Shown: positions 8,782 to 17,506, counted from the first letter of the stretch. The stretch is 64,000 nt of DNA from Minisyncoccota bacterium (GCA_035546615.1 DASZWM010000005.1:40959-104958); one strand, 5' to 3'. Notes: generated by a model from the sequence alone, not told the origin. Made by a program: numbers and translations.

Positions 8782-9252
8782 CTAGAGGCCGAAGATCTCG
8801 GCTACGTGCTCGCCCACGTGCGGGCCCTGCTCCTCTTCCTGCACCCGGGTTTTGAGATGCTCGCGCACGTCGGCGCCCTGCTGGGCGCTGTCGAGTATCA
8901 AAGAGAAGTGGGGAGCAAGAACTCCGCGCATTGTCATGAAAAGCCGGGGATTTTCCTGGTCATGCTCGACCCAGAACGTGTGTATGGCTGAATAGGGGTA
9001 GCGCGTGCCGTCTACCGACAGGCCGCGGTCGTCCATATGGACCGAGTGCTCGCGGGGGCCGCGCGCGGCGAGAAAGCCTATCGACAGCGCGCCTATTGCG
9101 ATAATAACGGCGAAAAGAAAGTTGCCGAAGAATACCGCAGCTACTCCGCCCGCGAGCGCGATAACGCCCAAGCCCCAGTACCAGTCGGTGCTGCGCTCGC
9201 GGTGCTCGTGCGTCGTAACGCTCCATTCCATGCGCTCCGTAGTGCCTGGCAT
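8782..9252 (-). CDS. Hypothetical small membrane protein (2 TM)
   Basis: 156-aa ORF with two adjacent hydrophobic helices (GLGVIALAGGVAAVFFGNFLFAVIIAIGALSIGFLAA); no recognisable family. Confidence 0.5.
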   Translation of the reverse strand: MPGTTERMEWSVTTHEHRERSTDWYWGLGVIALAGGVAAVFFGNFLFAVIIAIGALSIGFLAARGPREHSVHMDDRGLSVDGTRYPYSAIHTFWVEHDQENPRLFMTMRGVLAPHFSLILDSAQQGADVREHLKTRVQEEEQGPHVGEHVAEIFGL

Positions 9253-9296
9253 ATCGTCTTCAGTATACCATCACGCAACTGGTATACTTTTAAGAT

Positions 9297-10109
9297 ATGA
9301 AGACAATCAAACTAAACGAGGATGCGAATATCCCCGTGCTCGGCCTGGGCACGTGGCAGCTGACGGGGGATGCGTGCACGGAAGCCGTCCGCTACGCGCT
9401 TGAGCTCGGCTACACGCATATCGATACCGCCGATGTGTATGGTAATCATGCGGAAGTGGCGAGCGGCGCTAAAGCCTCCGGCGTCGCACGGGAGAAGTTC
9501 TTCCTTACCACCAAGGTGTGGCGCACCGACTTGGCGCACGACCCGCTTGTGGAGAGCGCGGACCGCTTTCTTGAAGAGCTCGCTACCGACTATATCGACC
9601 TCCTCCTTATTCACTGGCCTAACAGCGAGATTCCTGTCGAGGCCAGTCTTAGGGCGATGGAGGAGCTTAAGCGCGCCGGAAAGGTGCGCGCGATAGGCGT
9701 TTCTAACTTTACTGTTCATCACCTTAAGGACGCACTTGAAGCCGGGGTTGAAATAACCAACAACCAAGTAGAGATACGTCCCGCCTTCGCGCAAAAAGAA
9801 CTGCGTGATTTCTGTGCTTCCAAGGATATTTCCGTAACCGCGTACTCGAGCCTGCGCGGCGGTGCTAATGAATTGCCGCTTATCGTGGAATTGGCAGGGA
9901 AGTACGGCAAGACTGCTTCGCAGATAATCCTCAACTGGGTTGTGGCTCGCGGCATGATAGCGATACCTAAGAGCTCGCACCCGGAGCGCATTAAAGAGAA
10001 TTTCGAGTCAGTAGATTTCGAAATGGAAGAAGCGGACCTCGCGCGCATAGATGCGCTGCCGGAAGGGAAGCGGGTTAATACGCCGGCCTTCGGGGAATTC
10101 GATTATTGA
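9297..10109 (+). CDS. Aldo/keto reductase (2,5-diketo-D-gluconate reductase-like)
   Basis: 270-aa ORF; AKR signatures LGLGTWQ, IDTADVYGNH, LLLIHWP, IGVSNF. Confidence 0.85.
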   Translation: MKTIKLNEDANIPVLGLGTWQLTGDACTEAVRYALELGYTHIDTADVYGNHAEVASGAKASGVAREKFFLTTKVWRTDLAHDPLVESADRFLEELATDYIDLLLIHWPNSEIPVEASLRAMEELKRAGKVRAIGVSNFTVHHLKDALEAGVEITNNQVEIRPAFAQKELRDFCASKDISVTAYSSLRGGANELPLIVELAGKYGKTASQIILNWVVARGMIAIPKSSHPERIKENFESVDFEMEEADLARIDALPEGKRVNTPAFGEFDY

Positions 10110-10583
10110 GAAAAGTTTTTGCCGATGGCATTCCACGGCAGTTTCATGCCTGATTCCGGAAACTTGTCGAGAATCCATTGTACGTAAGTATTACTGTTGG
10201 GACCACGCAAGCCGTATTTCTCTTTAAAAGGATATTGATCTACAGAAGAAGTAATACAGTCAGCCATTCGCTCCGCAGTGGAACCATCTGCACCTTCGAC
10301 AGTATCTACTATTGCAGAATTCCAGTGGAAGTAATGAACAAAAGCGAATGTCTGTATCCCGTCGGTAGGGGAAAGTAAGTCTGCGTCGAGATGGCCCCAG
10401 CTTTTGTCGCGAATCTGTCGTCCGAATCCTATTTCCCAGCGTGATATAGCGCCTTTTTATTCACGACGAACCAAGGATGGATAGCAAAGTTAAAAGGGAT
10501 ACAGGCAGGACATGCAAAAAGAAATACCTGATATAAGTCTTTCTTTAAGAGTTTCTGGAACTCGGCTTCGGTCATATTTCCAA
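10104..10583 (-). pseudogene. Frameshifted hypothetical gene (two overlapping frames joined at an A5 run)
   Basis: Minus strand: frame a reads MTEAEFQKLLKKDLYQVFLFACPACIPFNFAIHPWFVVNKKALYHAGK* and frame b reads ...KGAISRWEIGFGRQIRDKSWGHLDADLL...NSNTYVQWILDKFPESGMKLPWNAIGKNFSQ*. The frames overlap by ~12 codons at the homopolymer aaaaa (plus ttttt 10454-10458), and a 1-nt shift there would give one ~160-aa protein. The region is AT-rich. Confidence 0.45.
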
Positions 10584-10587
10584 ACTT

Positions 10588-10675
10588 TGGCGGAGGGGGT
10601 GAGATTCGAACTCACGGTACCTTGCGGTACTCTTGTTTTCAAGACAAGTGCACTCGGCCTCTATGCGACCCCTCC
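10588..10675 (-). tRNA. tRNA-Ser (anticodon TGA), CCA encoded
   Basis: 88-nt class-II tRNA: acceptor ggagggg/cccctcc, anticodon stem cttgt/acaag with loop ctTGAaa, long variable arm taccgcaaggtacc, T-arm gtgag-ttcgaat-ctcac, 3' gCCA encoded. Confidence 0.8.
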
Positions 10676-11155
10676 CTGGCGATTTTGTATCTTACCACTG
10701 TACCAGTTATTTTCTAGGTAATGTTCCTCTGAGTGACAATTTGGACAAAGTAGTTCCAGGTTATCCAGCGTATTGTGTTGCCGGTTTCTGTCTTTGTGAT
10801 GTACGTTTAATATCTCATACCTTGCATATCCGCATCGTTCGCAAATGGGGCCTCGCAGTTTCAACAGACGAAGTTTCAAGCCTCGCTGGTATACAACTTT
10901 GTCCTTAGGCGCTCGACCTTTGTATTTTATTCCTGCACGGTTGGTATTGGCGCAGCCTCTGCTACATGTATTTTTGTTTGCACTAGAGAGAATAGGTTTA
11001 CCGCAGACAACACAAGGGTGTTCTTTTCGAGTAGCTAGTCCATAACAGGTTTGACTGCAAAATACTCGACCTTGTTTAATTTGACCCGGTCGTCTATAGA
11101 TTGGTTTGCCACAAACTGTGCATGCAGTATTGGGATTTCTTTTATACTCATCCAC
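10661..11155 (-). CDS. HNH endonuclease with Cys4 zinc-ribbon motifs
   Basis: 164-aa ORF; HNH motif NVHHKDRNRQHNTLDNLELLCPNCHSEEH plus three CxxC pairs. AT-rich; the 3' end overlaps the tRNA-Ser 5' end by ~15 nt. Confidence 0.75.
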   Translation of the reverse strand: MDEYKRNPNTACTVCGKPIYRRPGQIKQGRVFCSQTCYGLATRKEHPCVVCGKPILSSANKNTCSRGCANTNRAGIKYKGRAPKDKVVYQRGLKLRLLKLRGPICERCGYARYEILNVHHKDRNRQHNTLDNLELLCPNCHSEEHYLENNWYSGKIQNRQGGVA

Positions 11156-11214
11156 TAATCCAGTATACCAATTCTTAGTATGGCAGGCAATACACTTTTT
11201 CCTGTCCGTAGGCT

Positions 11215-11889
11215 ATGCTCGAAGGGAACATGGATATCCAGATTGAGCGGCTGAAGAAAAATATAGACAAATTACAGAAGACGCATGGCCACCCGGACTA
11301 TACAGCCTTGTACGGGACTGGCTGTATCGATCATCCGGACCTTTTTCTTATTCTTATGAATCCGACCGCACGCAATATATCCGTGCACAAGGATTGGAAG
11401 GGTCTTAAGGCTTCCTGGCTCGGGACAAAGAACTTTTGGAAGATACTCTATAAACTCGAACTGATCTCGGCCAAAACTTTTGCAGCTACCCAGGAACGCG
11501 CCCCGGCCGAATGGGACAATGATTTCTGCGTCGCGGTGTATACGGAGCTGGCGCGCAACAAGGTTTTTATCACCAACTTAGGCCGTTCAACCCAGCCTGA
11601 CGCTCGACCACTCCCTGACGCGGTATATAAAGCGTGCGTTGCGCTCACCCAGGAAGAGATAAACGCAGTGAAGCCTAAAGTGGTCGTTCTCTTCGGGAAT
11701 CAAGTAAGCTCAGCTTTGCTTGAAACACCGATCAAGGTTTCTGAAACCCGCAAGAAACGTTTTGATCTTGAGATAGGCGGTACGGTGTATCCCGTATATG
11801 CCACCTATTACCCGGTCGGCATGGGATTTATGAATGCCGATAAGACGATCGAAGATGTTCGCTGGATTCGCAAGGCGCATTCACGATAG
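11215..11889 (+). CDS. Uracil-DNA glycosylase superfamily protein (putative)
   Basis: 224-aa ORF; motif-1-like LILMNPTARN (xNP motif as in MUG/SMUG families) and C-terminal YYPVGMG at the position of the HPS-type motif 2; VVVLFGNQ core. Confidence 0.45.
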   Translation: MLEGNMDIQIERLKKNIDKLQKTHGHPDYTALYGTGCIDHPDLFLILMNPTARNISVHKDWKGLKASWLGTKNFWKILYKLELISAKTFAATQERAPAEWDNDFCVAVYTELARNKVFITNLGRSTQPDARPLPDAVYKACVALTQEEINAVKPKVVVLFGNQVSSALLETPIKVSETRKKRFDLEIGGTVYPVYATYYPVGMGFMNADKTIEDVRWIRKAHSR

Positions 11890-11900
11890 ACTTACTTAGC

Positions 11901-12323
11901 ATGAAATATCTCGGCATAGATTACGGGACCAAGCGCATCGGCGTAGCTGTCTCTGATGATGGGGGCGTGGTAGCATTTCCCCTCACGACCCTGAAGAGCG
12001 ATAGGGACGCGGCAGGGGAGGTTGCCGCGCTTGCCAAGAGCCGCGAGGTCGGAACAATCGTCATCGGCGAGTCTCGCAATTTTCAGAACGAGCCCAACCC
12101 TGTGATGGAGGATATTGAGCAGTTCAAAAAAGACATTGCCAACCTGACAGGTCTGCCTGTGGAATACGAACGGGAGTTTTTTACCAGCACGCAGGCGGCG
12201 CGGCAGTTTGCGCCCGACGGCTCGCGCAAAGACAATCCTTCGCAGGAAAAGCTGGATGCATCGGCTGCAGCCTTGATTTTACAGGGGTATTTAGACAGAA
12301 TAGGTGCTAAGAAGCCCATATAG
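11901..12323 (+). CDS. ruvX: Holliday junction resolvase-like YqgF/RuvX
   Basis: 140-aa ORF; N-terminal LGIDYGTKRIGVAVSD and IVIGES motifs typical of YqgF. Confidence 0.8.
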   Translation: MKYLGIDYGTKRIGVAVSDDGGVVAFPLTTLKSDRDAAGEVAALAKSREVGTIVIGESRNFQNEPNPVMEDIEQFKKDIANLTGLPVEYEREFFTSTQAARQFAPDGSRKDNPSQEKLDASAAALILQGYLDRIGAKKPI

Positions 12324-12325
12324 TC

Positions 12326-12375
12326 GTCGCTCGCTCGGAAATTAAAGTAAAACTTTATTTCTCTCACTCGCTAGA
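12326..12375 (+). repeat. Dispersed ~50-nt repeat copy R1 (tcggaaattaaagtaaaactttatttctctcactc core with internal hairpin)
   Basis: Near-identical to the reverse complement of 26521-26570 and related to 13302-13350; hairpin gaaattaaagt-aaa-actttatttc; lies ~15 nt upstream of the start of the 12388 ORF. Confidence 0.6.
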
Positions 12376-12387
12376 CTATTAAAAACA

Positions 12388-12717
12388 ATGGAACCAATTA
12401 GCATAGACGATTTCAAAAAGATAGAGATCCGCATCGGAGAGATAAAGAGCGCGGAGAAGATAGAAGGGAGCGACAAGCTCCTGAAGCTTAAGGTTATGTT
12501 CGGCGAAGAAGAGCGTCAGGTGCTTTCCGGCATCTCGGCGTATTTTCCCAACCCGGAGGACTTGGTGGGGAAGAAGTGCCCGTTCGTTACCAACCTGGCG
12601 CCGCGCACCATGATGGGGCTTGAGAGCCAGGCGATGATATTGGCAACCGGCGGCGACGGCGAAACGCCGTTCGCTCTGTTCGAAACCTCGGGCGCTTCCG
12701 GCGCGCGCGTCCGCTAA
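12388..12717 (+). CDS. tRNA-binding protein (CsaA/Trbp111-like; equivalent of the MetRS C-terminal domain)
   Basis: 109-aa ORF; OB-fold tRNA-binding signature (IRIGEIKSAEKIEGSDKLLKLKVMFGEEERQVLSG, CPFVTNLAPRTMMGLESQAMIL). Confidence 0.7.
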   Translation: MEPISIDDFKKIEIRIGEIKSAEKIEGSDKLLKLKVMFGEEERQVLSGISAYFPNPEDLVGKKCPFVTNLAPRTMMGLESQAMILATGGDGETPFALFETSGASGARVR

Positions 12718-12720
12718 TTC

Positions 12721-13311
12721 ATGCTTGAGCGACTGCATGAGTGGAAGGATTCTGCATGGCAGAAATTCATAGTGCTGGCGCAAGGCCCGCATGCGCTCTT
12801 CTGGCTCGGCGTATGCGCGCTGACCGATCCGATATTCTTTCCCATACCGCCGGAGGCATACCTTGCCGCGCTGATCTTGGCTCACCCCAAACGTTTTAAT
12901 CTATATTTGGGTATTGCCGCCGTCTTTTCGGTACTGGGTGCGGCACTCGGCTATTTTGTAGGAGCATTTGTATTCCACCAGTTCGGGATGCCGCTCCTCC
13001 ATTTCTATCACCTGGAGCCCGCATTCCTGCAGGCGCAGGAGCTTATAAAGGGCGGCGTGTTCGTCGGCATGATATTGGTGGCCTTCCAGCTGATTCCGGA
13101 GAAGGTATTCGTGCTCGCGGCGGGCTTCTTGGGAGCGCCGTTCTTTCCGTTTTTAGCGGGATTCCTGGTGGGCCGCGTGGCGCGTCTTGCCCTTATCGCA
13201 TATCTCACGAAACGGTTCGGCGCGGACGTAGTGCTGCTTATAAAGCGGTACTTCCTCGCCGCGACTGTTTTGTTCTTGCTCGCAATAGCGTATTATTTCC
13301 TAGTGAAGTGA
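12721..13311 (+). CDS. DedA/YqaA-family membrane protein
   Basis: 196-aa multi-TM ORF; DPIFFPIPPEAYLAALI motif of SNARE-associated/YqaA proteins. Confidence 0.6.
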   Translation: MLERLHEWKDSAWQKFIVLAQGPHALFWLGVCALTDPIFFPIPPEAYLAALILAHPKRFNLYLGIAAVFSVLGAALGYFVGAFVFHQFGMPLLHFYHLEPAFLQAQELIKGGVFVGMILVAFQLIPEKVFVLAAGFLGAPFFPFLAGFLVGRVARLALIAYLTKRFGADVVLLIKRYFLAATVLFLLAIAYYFLVK

Positions 13312-13350
13312 GTGAAGGAAAGCTCGCTTTATTTCCGAACGAAAGGACGG
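13302..13350 (+). repeat. Dispersed repeat copy R2 (agtgaagtgagtgaa...hairpin...ttccgaacgaaagga)
   Basis: Shares the 15-nt agtgaagtgagtgaa and ttccgaacgaa(a)gga blocks with 26521-26570, with a different central hairpin; overlaps the stop codon of the 12721-13311 gene. Confidence 0.55.
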
Positions 13351-13416
13351 AAATATGAATGTACTCGTTCATATGCTATTGTGCATTTCCGCCTGCTGCT
13401 TTTGTAGGGGGACAAT

Positions 13417-13488
13417 GCCTTCGTAGCTCAACGGATAGAGCCGCGCTCTTCTAAGGCGTTGATGTAGGTTCGATTCCTACCGAAGGCA
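13417..13488 (+). tRNA. tRNA-Arg (anticodon TCT)
   Basis: Acceptor gccttcg/cgaaggc, D-arm gctc-aacggata-gagc, anticodon loop ctTCTaa (stem with two G-U pairs), T-arm tagg-ttcgatt-ccta. Confidence 0.75.
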
Positions 13489-13605
13489 CAAATAGTGCGG
13501 GGCACTATTTGTGAGCCGCAGGCGCGACGGCGCCGAGGCGGGGTCGCGGAAATTTTCAGCAGAAAATTATCTGTGACCAAATAGCGGAGAATAAGATAAC
13601 AGCAC

Positions 13606-13678
13606 GGGCGATTAGCTCAGTTGGTAGAGCAACTCTTTTACACAGAGAAGGTCACAGGTTCGAGTCCTGTATCGCCCA
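13606..13678 (+). tRNA. tRNA-Val (anticodon TAC)
   Basis: Acceptor gggcgat/atcgccc, D-arm gctc-agttggta-gagc, anticodon loop ttTACac, T-arm acagg-ttcgagt-cctgt. Confidence 0.75.
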
Positions 13679-13682
13679 CACT

Positions 13683-14354
13683 ATGGAAGGTCCTGCCAAA
13701 CCCAGTAACAACACTAAGGAAAGCTCTCCTAAGCCTTCTGTTGAAGTTGAATCAGAGTTTGCCGAATTCGTGCCACAGGACTTCCTTAATGACCCTGTAG
13801 GATATTTTGAACGTGGAGGAAAGAATATAAAAACAGGAGAAGTTAAATATGATGAGGCTGGTGCGCTTCGTGAGGATCCAACTGCTGTAAAAGATTTACC
13901 AGTCTGGACGAATAGCAATGGAATAGAAATTCTTACGGTAGGAAGAAGGGTAAATACGATTAAGGGCGCTGTAGGAGAATCAGGAGATCCTTTCTACGAG
14001 TACAAAATCCTTGAGAAGCTTATGGAAATCGGGTTACCCGCTGCGAGGCCTATTGCGAAAGCAGAACAGGGCGGTACTCATATCATTGTCATGGAGCGTA
14101 TTCCGGGGGTTAGGTGGTCTGAAAGAGAAAGTCTGAATCTCAAAGAAAAAGGATACTCTGACGAAGACATTGCAACTCTAATAAGTGAAGCAGAACAGAA
14201 AATGGATGGCCTGAAAACTCGCTTTGACGAAGCGGGAGTTATTCGCAGTTGGAAACTGAAGGATATGGTATTTGAGATAGACATTGAGAATAAGAAAGTT
14301 ATTTCTATAGTCCCCACAGATTGGGAAAGGACGAAGATTATTGAAAAGCAATAG
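13683..14354 (+). CDS. Hypothetical protein, possible small atypical protein-kinase-like fold
   Basis: 223-aa ORF in an AT-rich stretch; motifs in kinase order (EYKILEKLMEIGLPAARPI, hinge-like HIIVMERIPG, then DMVFEIDIENKKVISIVPTDWE) resemble RIO/Kdo-type kinases; weak. Confidence 0.3.
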   Translation: MEGPAKPSNNTKESSPKPSVEVESEFAEFVPQDFLNDPVGYFERGGKNIKTGEVKYDEAGALREDPTAVKDLPVWTNSNGIEILTVGRRVNTIKGAVGESGDPFYEYKILEKLMEIGLPAARPIAKAEQGGTHIIVMERIPGVRWSERESLNLKEKGYSDEDIATLISEAEQKMDGLKTRFDEAGVIRSWKLKDMVFEIDIENKKVISIVPTDWERTKIIEKQ

Positions 14355-14405
14355 AGGTTCTAATATCGTGTACTTCTGACCACAGAAGACGTCTTTATTC
14401 AAGTC

Positions 14406-15140
14406 TTGTGCTATAACACTTCCATGGAGCCGACAGTTATATATGAAGACGATTCCGTTATCGTCGTTAACAAGCCATCGGGCCTGCCTGTGCATGCGGA
14501 CGGACGGCATGACCGCGCCACGCTTGTGGACTGGCTCGCCGTGCACTATCCGGAACTCAAAGGAGTGGGGGAGGAGCAGCGGCTCGCCGACGGCACGATA
14601 ATAGACCGGCCCGGCATCGTGCACCGCATCGACCGCGAGACGTCCGGCGTGCTTGTCGTGGCGCGCACGCAGGCGTCTTTTGAGCATTTAAAGGAGCAGT
14701 TCCAGAACAGGGAAGTGAGAAAGGTGTACCGCGCCTTCGTGTACGGCGCCCTTAAAGACGAGCGCGGCACGATAGACAGGCCGATAGGCTCCTCGCGCGG
14801 AGGCCACGGTCCGCGTTCGGCGACGCGCCCGCACGGTGTCATGCGCGAAGCGCAGACGCTCTACCGCGTCATACATAACGGCAAGGACGCCGCATATGTG
14901 GAGGCGTTTCCGAAAACCGGCCGCACGCACCAGATCCGCGTGCATTTCTCCGCCATTCAGCATCCGATAGTAAATGACACTTTGTATGCGCCCAGCCGCA
15001 AGCCGATACTGGGCTTCACCCGGCTCGCGCTCCACGCGTATTCCATCTCCTTTATCCATCCCGACGGGCGGGAGGTCCTTTTTGAGGCTCCGCTGCCGGC
15101 CGATTTTGCCGAAGCCGAGCGGCAATTGCGGGCTAATTAA
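14406..15140 (+). CDS. RluA-family pseudouridine synthase
   Basis: 244-aa ORF; catalytic motif HRIDRETSGVLVVART, PSGLPVH substrate-binding motif; no N-terminal S4 domain; the start may be the downstream Met (MEPTV). Confidence 0.8.
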   Translation: MCYNTSMEPTVIYEDDSVIVVNKPSGLPVHADGRHDRATLVDWLAVHYPELKGVGEEQRLADGTIIDRPGIVHRIDRETSGVLVVARTQASFEHLKEQFQNREVRKVYRAFVYGALKDERGTIDRPIGSSRGGHGPRSATRPHGVMREAQTLYRVIHNGKDAAYVEAFPKTGRTHQIRVHFSAIQHPIVNDTLYAPSRKPILGFTRLALHAYSISFIHPDGREVLFEAPLPADFAEAERQLRAN

Positions 15141-15172
15141 AGCCGTGTTAGAGTGTTCAGGCATTAAATCAT

Positions 15173-15676
15173 ATGAAATCCGCAGTTAAAATCTCTCCGG
15201 TCGACATGGAAGCCCGCGTAGCCCTTGGGGTGCGTCCGGGCGATACTGTCCGTGTCTGGCAGAAGATAGTCGAGCTCAAGAAGGGCAAGGCAGCCAATAA
15301 GAAGGAGGTGACGACGAAAAATGTCCGCCGCCAGGCCTTTGAGGGCCTCGTGCTCGCGGTTAAGCACGGCTCCGAGGCGGGAGGCATGTTCACGGTCCGC
15401 CGGGTCGCTTCCGGCGTAGGTGTCGAGAAGATTTTCCCGCTCTATTCTCCCAATATCGAATCTATCGAGGTACTGCGCCGCACCCGCACCCGCCGCGCAA
15501 AGCTCTACTTCATCCGCGACAAGGCCGCCCGCGACCAGAAGCGCGCGATGCGCAAGGCCCGCGAGTATGTCGCCCCCGCGGCAGCGGCAGCCGACGCCGA
15601 AGTTCCCGCGGAAGAGCCTGTTGTTGAGGCTCCGGCTGCAGAGGAGGCTGCCGCTCCGGAAGTCGCAGCGGAATAA
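15173..15676 (+). CDS. rplS: 50S ribosomal protein L19
   Basis: 167-aa ORF; bL19 core ([12 protein letters not shown]...[12 protein letters not shown]...FTVRRV...[18 protein letters not shown]) with Ala/Glu-rich C-terminal extension. Confidence 0.85.
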   Translation: MKSAVKISPVDMEARVALGVRPGDTVRVWQKIVELKKGKAANKKEVTTKNVRRQAFEGLVLAVKHGSEAGGMFTVRRVASGVGVEKIFPLYSPNIESIEVLRRTRTRRAKLYFIRDKAARDQKRAMRKAREYVAPAAAAADAEVPAEEPVVEAPAAEEAAAPEVAAE

Positions 15677-15734
15677 GAAAACGAGCTCACGCTCGTTTTT
15701 CGTTTTGGCGTTTTCGTTGTAGGTTTATAGACAT

Positions 15735-15818
15735 GCCCAGGTGGCGAAATTGGTAGACGCACTACCTTGAGGTGGTAGCTCCCGCAAGGGATTGGAGGTT
15801 CGAGTCCTCTCCTGGGCA
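15735..15818 (+). tRNA. tRNA-Leu (anticodon GAG)
   Basis: 84-nt class-II tRNA: acceptor gcccagg/cctgggc, anticodon stem ctacc/ggtag with loop ttGAGgt, long variable arm, T-arm ggagg-ttcgagt-cctct. Confidence 0.8.
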
Positions 15819-15827
15819 CAAAAAAGA

Positions 15828-15866
15828 CAGAATAATCTGCCCTGCGGCAGATTATCTGCTTTTTGT
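15828..15866 (+). terminator. Rho-independent terminator after tRNA-Leu
   Basis: 13-bp hairpin cagaataatctgcc-ctgc-ggcagattatctg followed by cttttt. Confidence 0.7.
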
Positions 15867-16020
15867 GAGCCGGAGCGATGTTTCGCGAGTACGCGAAACC
15901 GCGAGGCAGGGTCGTGCGGCCGCATTCGCGACGGCGAATGCGGAACGCCTGACCAAAAGGATTTGTAGATGTGACGCAGACCCTAGATTAAGGGTATTTC
16001 CGACGGTTCCCACGGAGGTC

Positions 16021-16049
16021 TTGACAAAGTACCCGAAAGGGTATACACT
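16021..16049 (+). promoter_or_regulatory. Sigma70-like promoter (TTGACA-17-TACACT)
   Basis: Consensus -35 TTGACA, 17-nt spacer and -10 tacact (a tatact follows); ~330 nt upstream of the TerC-family gene. Confidence 0.5.
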
Positions 16050-16382
16050 ATACTTAGTTGTGAGGGAGCCAGCCTACGGTGTGTCATCGTGCACCGAAGG
16101 TGGGACCGGAAAGTGGCAACCTCGCGCCGGGACGATCGCAAAAGTCCCTTCTGTTCTTTCAGCGCGGAACGCGCAACGTGGTCTACTGTTTAGATGGTCT
16201 TGGGTCGCGAGGAGGTCAAAAATAACCCGCGACACTGCAAAAGTGATTGGCAATCTCAATCATGAAGGACCGTCACACGTAAGAATGGAAAAACCAAGGT
16301 CCTCGGACCAGTGGCCCCCCAGCACAACTGCATTGACAGTTGAGTGGGGGCCTTTTTACATTCAATGTAGTATTCTGTAACA

Positions 16383-17384
16383 ATGAAACTTTTCATCGCC
16401 CCCATCGTCATTTCGTTCATAGCGCTTATCGCCGTATTCCTGTGGGGCGGTACGGCAGCCCTGCTTCTTGCCGCAACGCTGGCGGTGCTCGAAGTGACGC
16501 TTTCTTTCGACAACGCGGTCGTCAACGCGAAGGTGCTCGAGGAAATGGACGCGCGCTGGCAGCGCAGGTTCCTTACCTGGGGCATCATCCTTTCGGTATT
16601 CGGCACGCGCCTGGTGCTGCCGATACTTATCGTCAGCGCCGTGGCATTTACTTCGCCGTTCACCATTACGACGCTGGCCCTCTACGAGCCCGACCAGTAT
16701 TCTGCGCTTCTTACTTCGGCCGAGGCGGCTATCAAGGCGTTCGGCGGCGCATTCCTGCTCATGGTGTCGCTCAAGTATTTCTTCGACGTCGGCAAGAGCG
16801 TGCACTGGTTCGCGCCGCTTGAGCGCCGCTTGTCGCGGTGGGGAAGGGTGGAGGCGATTGAGATCGCTTTGGCGCTCGCCATGCTGCTCGGCATCTCCTA
16901 CGTGTCGCACGACTCGGTTGAGACGATACTCCATGCCGGCATTATCGGCATCATCCTCTTTACGCTGACGGAAGGCATCGCGCACGGCCTCGGGGTGGAA
17001 ACCAAAGGCGCGGTCCGCTCGGGCCTCATGCTCTTCGTCTATCTCAATATCCTCGACTCGGCCTTTTCTCTGGACGGCGTCATCGGCGCGTTCGCGCTCA
17101 CGACCTCGCTCCCGATAATCGTGGCGGGCCTTGGCATCGGCGCGTATTTCGTCCGCTCGCTCACGGTCTACCTGGTACGACAGAAGACGCTTGCGGCGTT
17201 GAAGTACCTGGAGCACGGCGCGCACTGGGCGATATTCGGCCTGGCGCTCTCGATGTTCGCCGGCCTGATAATCCGCGTGCCGGAAGTGGTGATAGCGGGC
17301 ATTGGGCTCGGCTTCATCACGCTTGCGTACATTTCGTCCCGCCGCGCCCTGCGCGCGGACGAAGTGGCCGAGTCGCTCGGCTAG
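16383..17384 (+). CDS. TerC/DUF475-family integral membrane protein
   Basis: 333-aa multi-TM ORF; LSFDNAVVNA motif (TerC-family LSxDNA), repeated internal halves. Confidence 0.7.
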   Translation: MKLFIAPIVISFIALIAVFLWGGTAALLLAATLAVLEVTLSFDNAVVNAKVLEEMDARWQRRFLTWGIILSVFGTRLVLPILIVSAVAFTSPFTITTLALYEPDQYSALLTSAEAAIKAFGGAFLLMVSLKYFFDVGKSVHWFAPLERRLSRWGRVEAIEIALALAMLLGISYVSHDSVETILHAGIIGIILFTLTEGIAHGLGVETKGAVRSGLMLFVYLNILDSAFSLDGVIGAFALTTSLPIIVAGLGIGAYFVRSLTVYLVRQKTLAALKYLEHGAHWAIFGLALSMFAGLIIRVPEVVIAGIGLGFITLAYISSRRALRADEVAESLG

Positions 17385-17428
17385 CCTCATCGCTTCTCCT
17401 TTGGTATATTGACTTCGTTGTTCGATAT

Positions 17429-17502
17429 GGTGGTCGTAGCTCAATCGGTAGAGCCCTGGTTTGTGGTACCAGTTGTTGTGGGTTCGAGTCCCATCGACCA
17501 CC
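17429..17502 (+). tRNA. tRNA-His (anticodon GTG) with genomically encoded G-1
   Basis: Acceptor gtggtcg/cgaccac, extra 5' G (17429) opposite discriminator C, anticodon stem ctggt/accag with loop ttGTGgt, T-arm gtggg-ttcgagt-cccat. Confidence 0.8.
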
Positions 17503-17506
17503 CAAG

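Noticed and set aside
15772-16380. 202-aa plus-strand ORF
   Set aside because: Begins inside tRNA-Leu and runs through the terminator and promoter; no RBS or motif support; the region is better explained as non-coding leader.
15870-16380. RNase P RNA, SRP RNA or tmRNA identity for the long intergenic RNA
   Set aside because: Only partial resemblance (for example ccggaaagtggcaacc vs the SRP GGAAGCAGCC motif, and caaaagtccc vs the RNase P GGAAAGUCC motif); no convincing conserved P4 or helix-8 blocks or tRNA-like ends; left as an unassigned candidate ncRNA.
16362-17501. 379-aa minus-strand ORF rich in Arg/His/Glu
   Set aside because: Antisense to the TerC-family membrane gene and overlapping tRNA-His; composition typical of a GC-rich shadow ORF.
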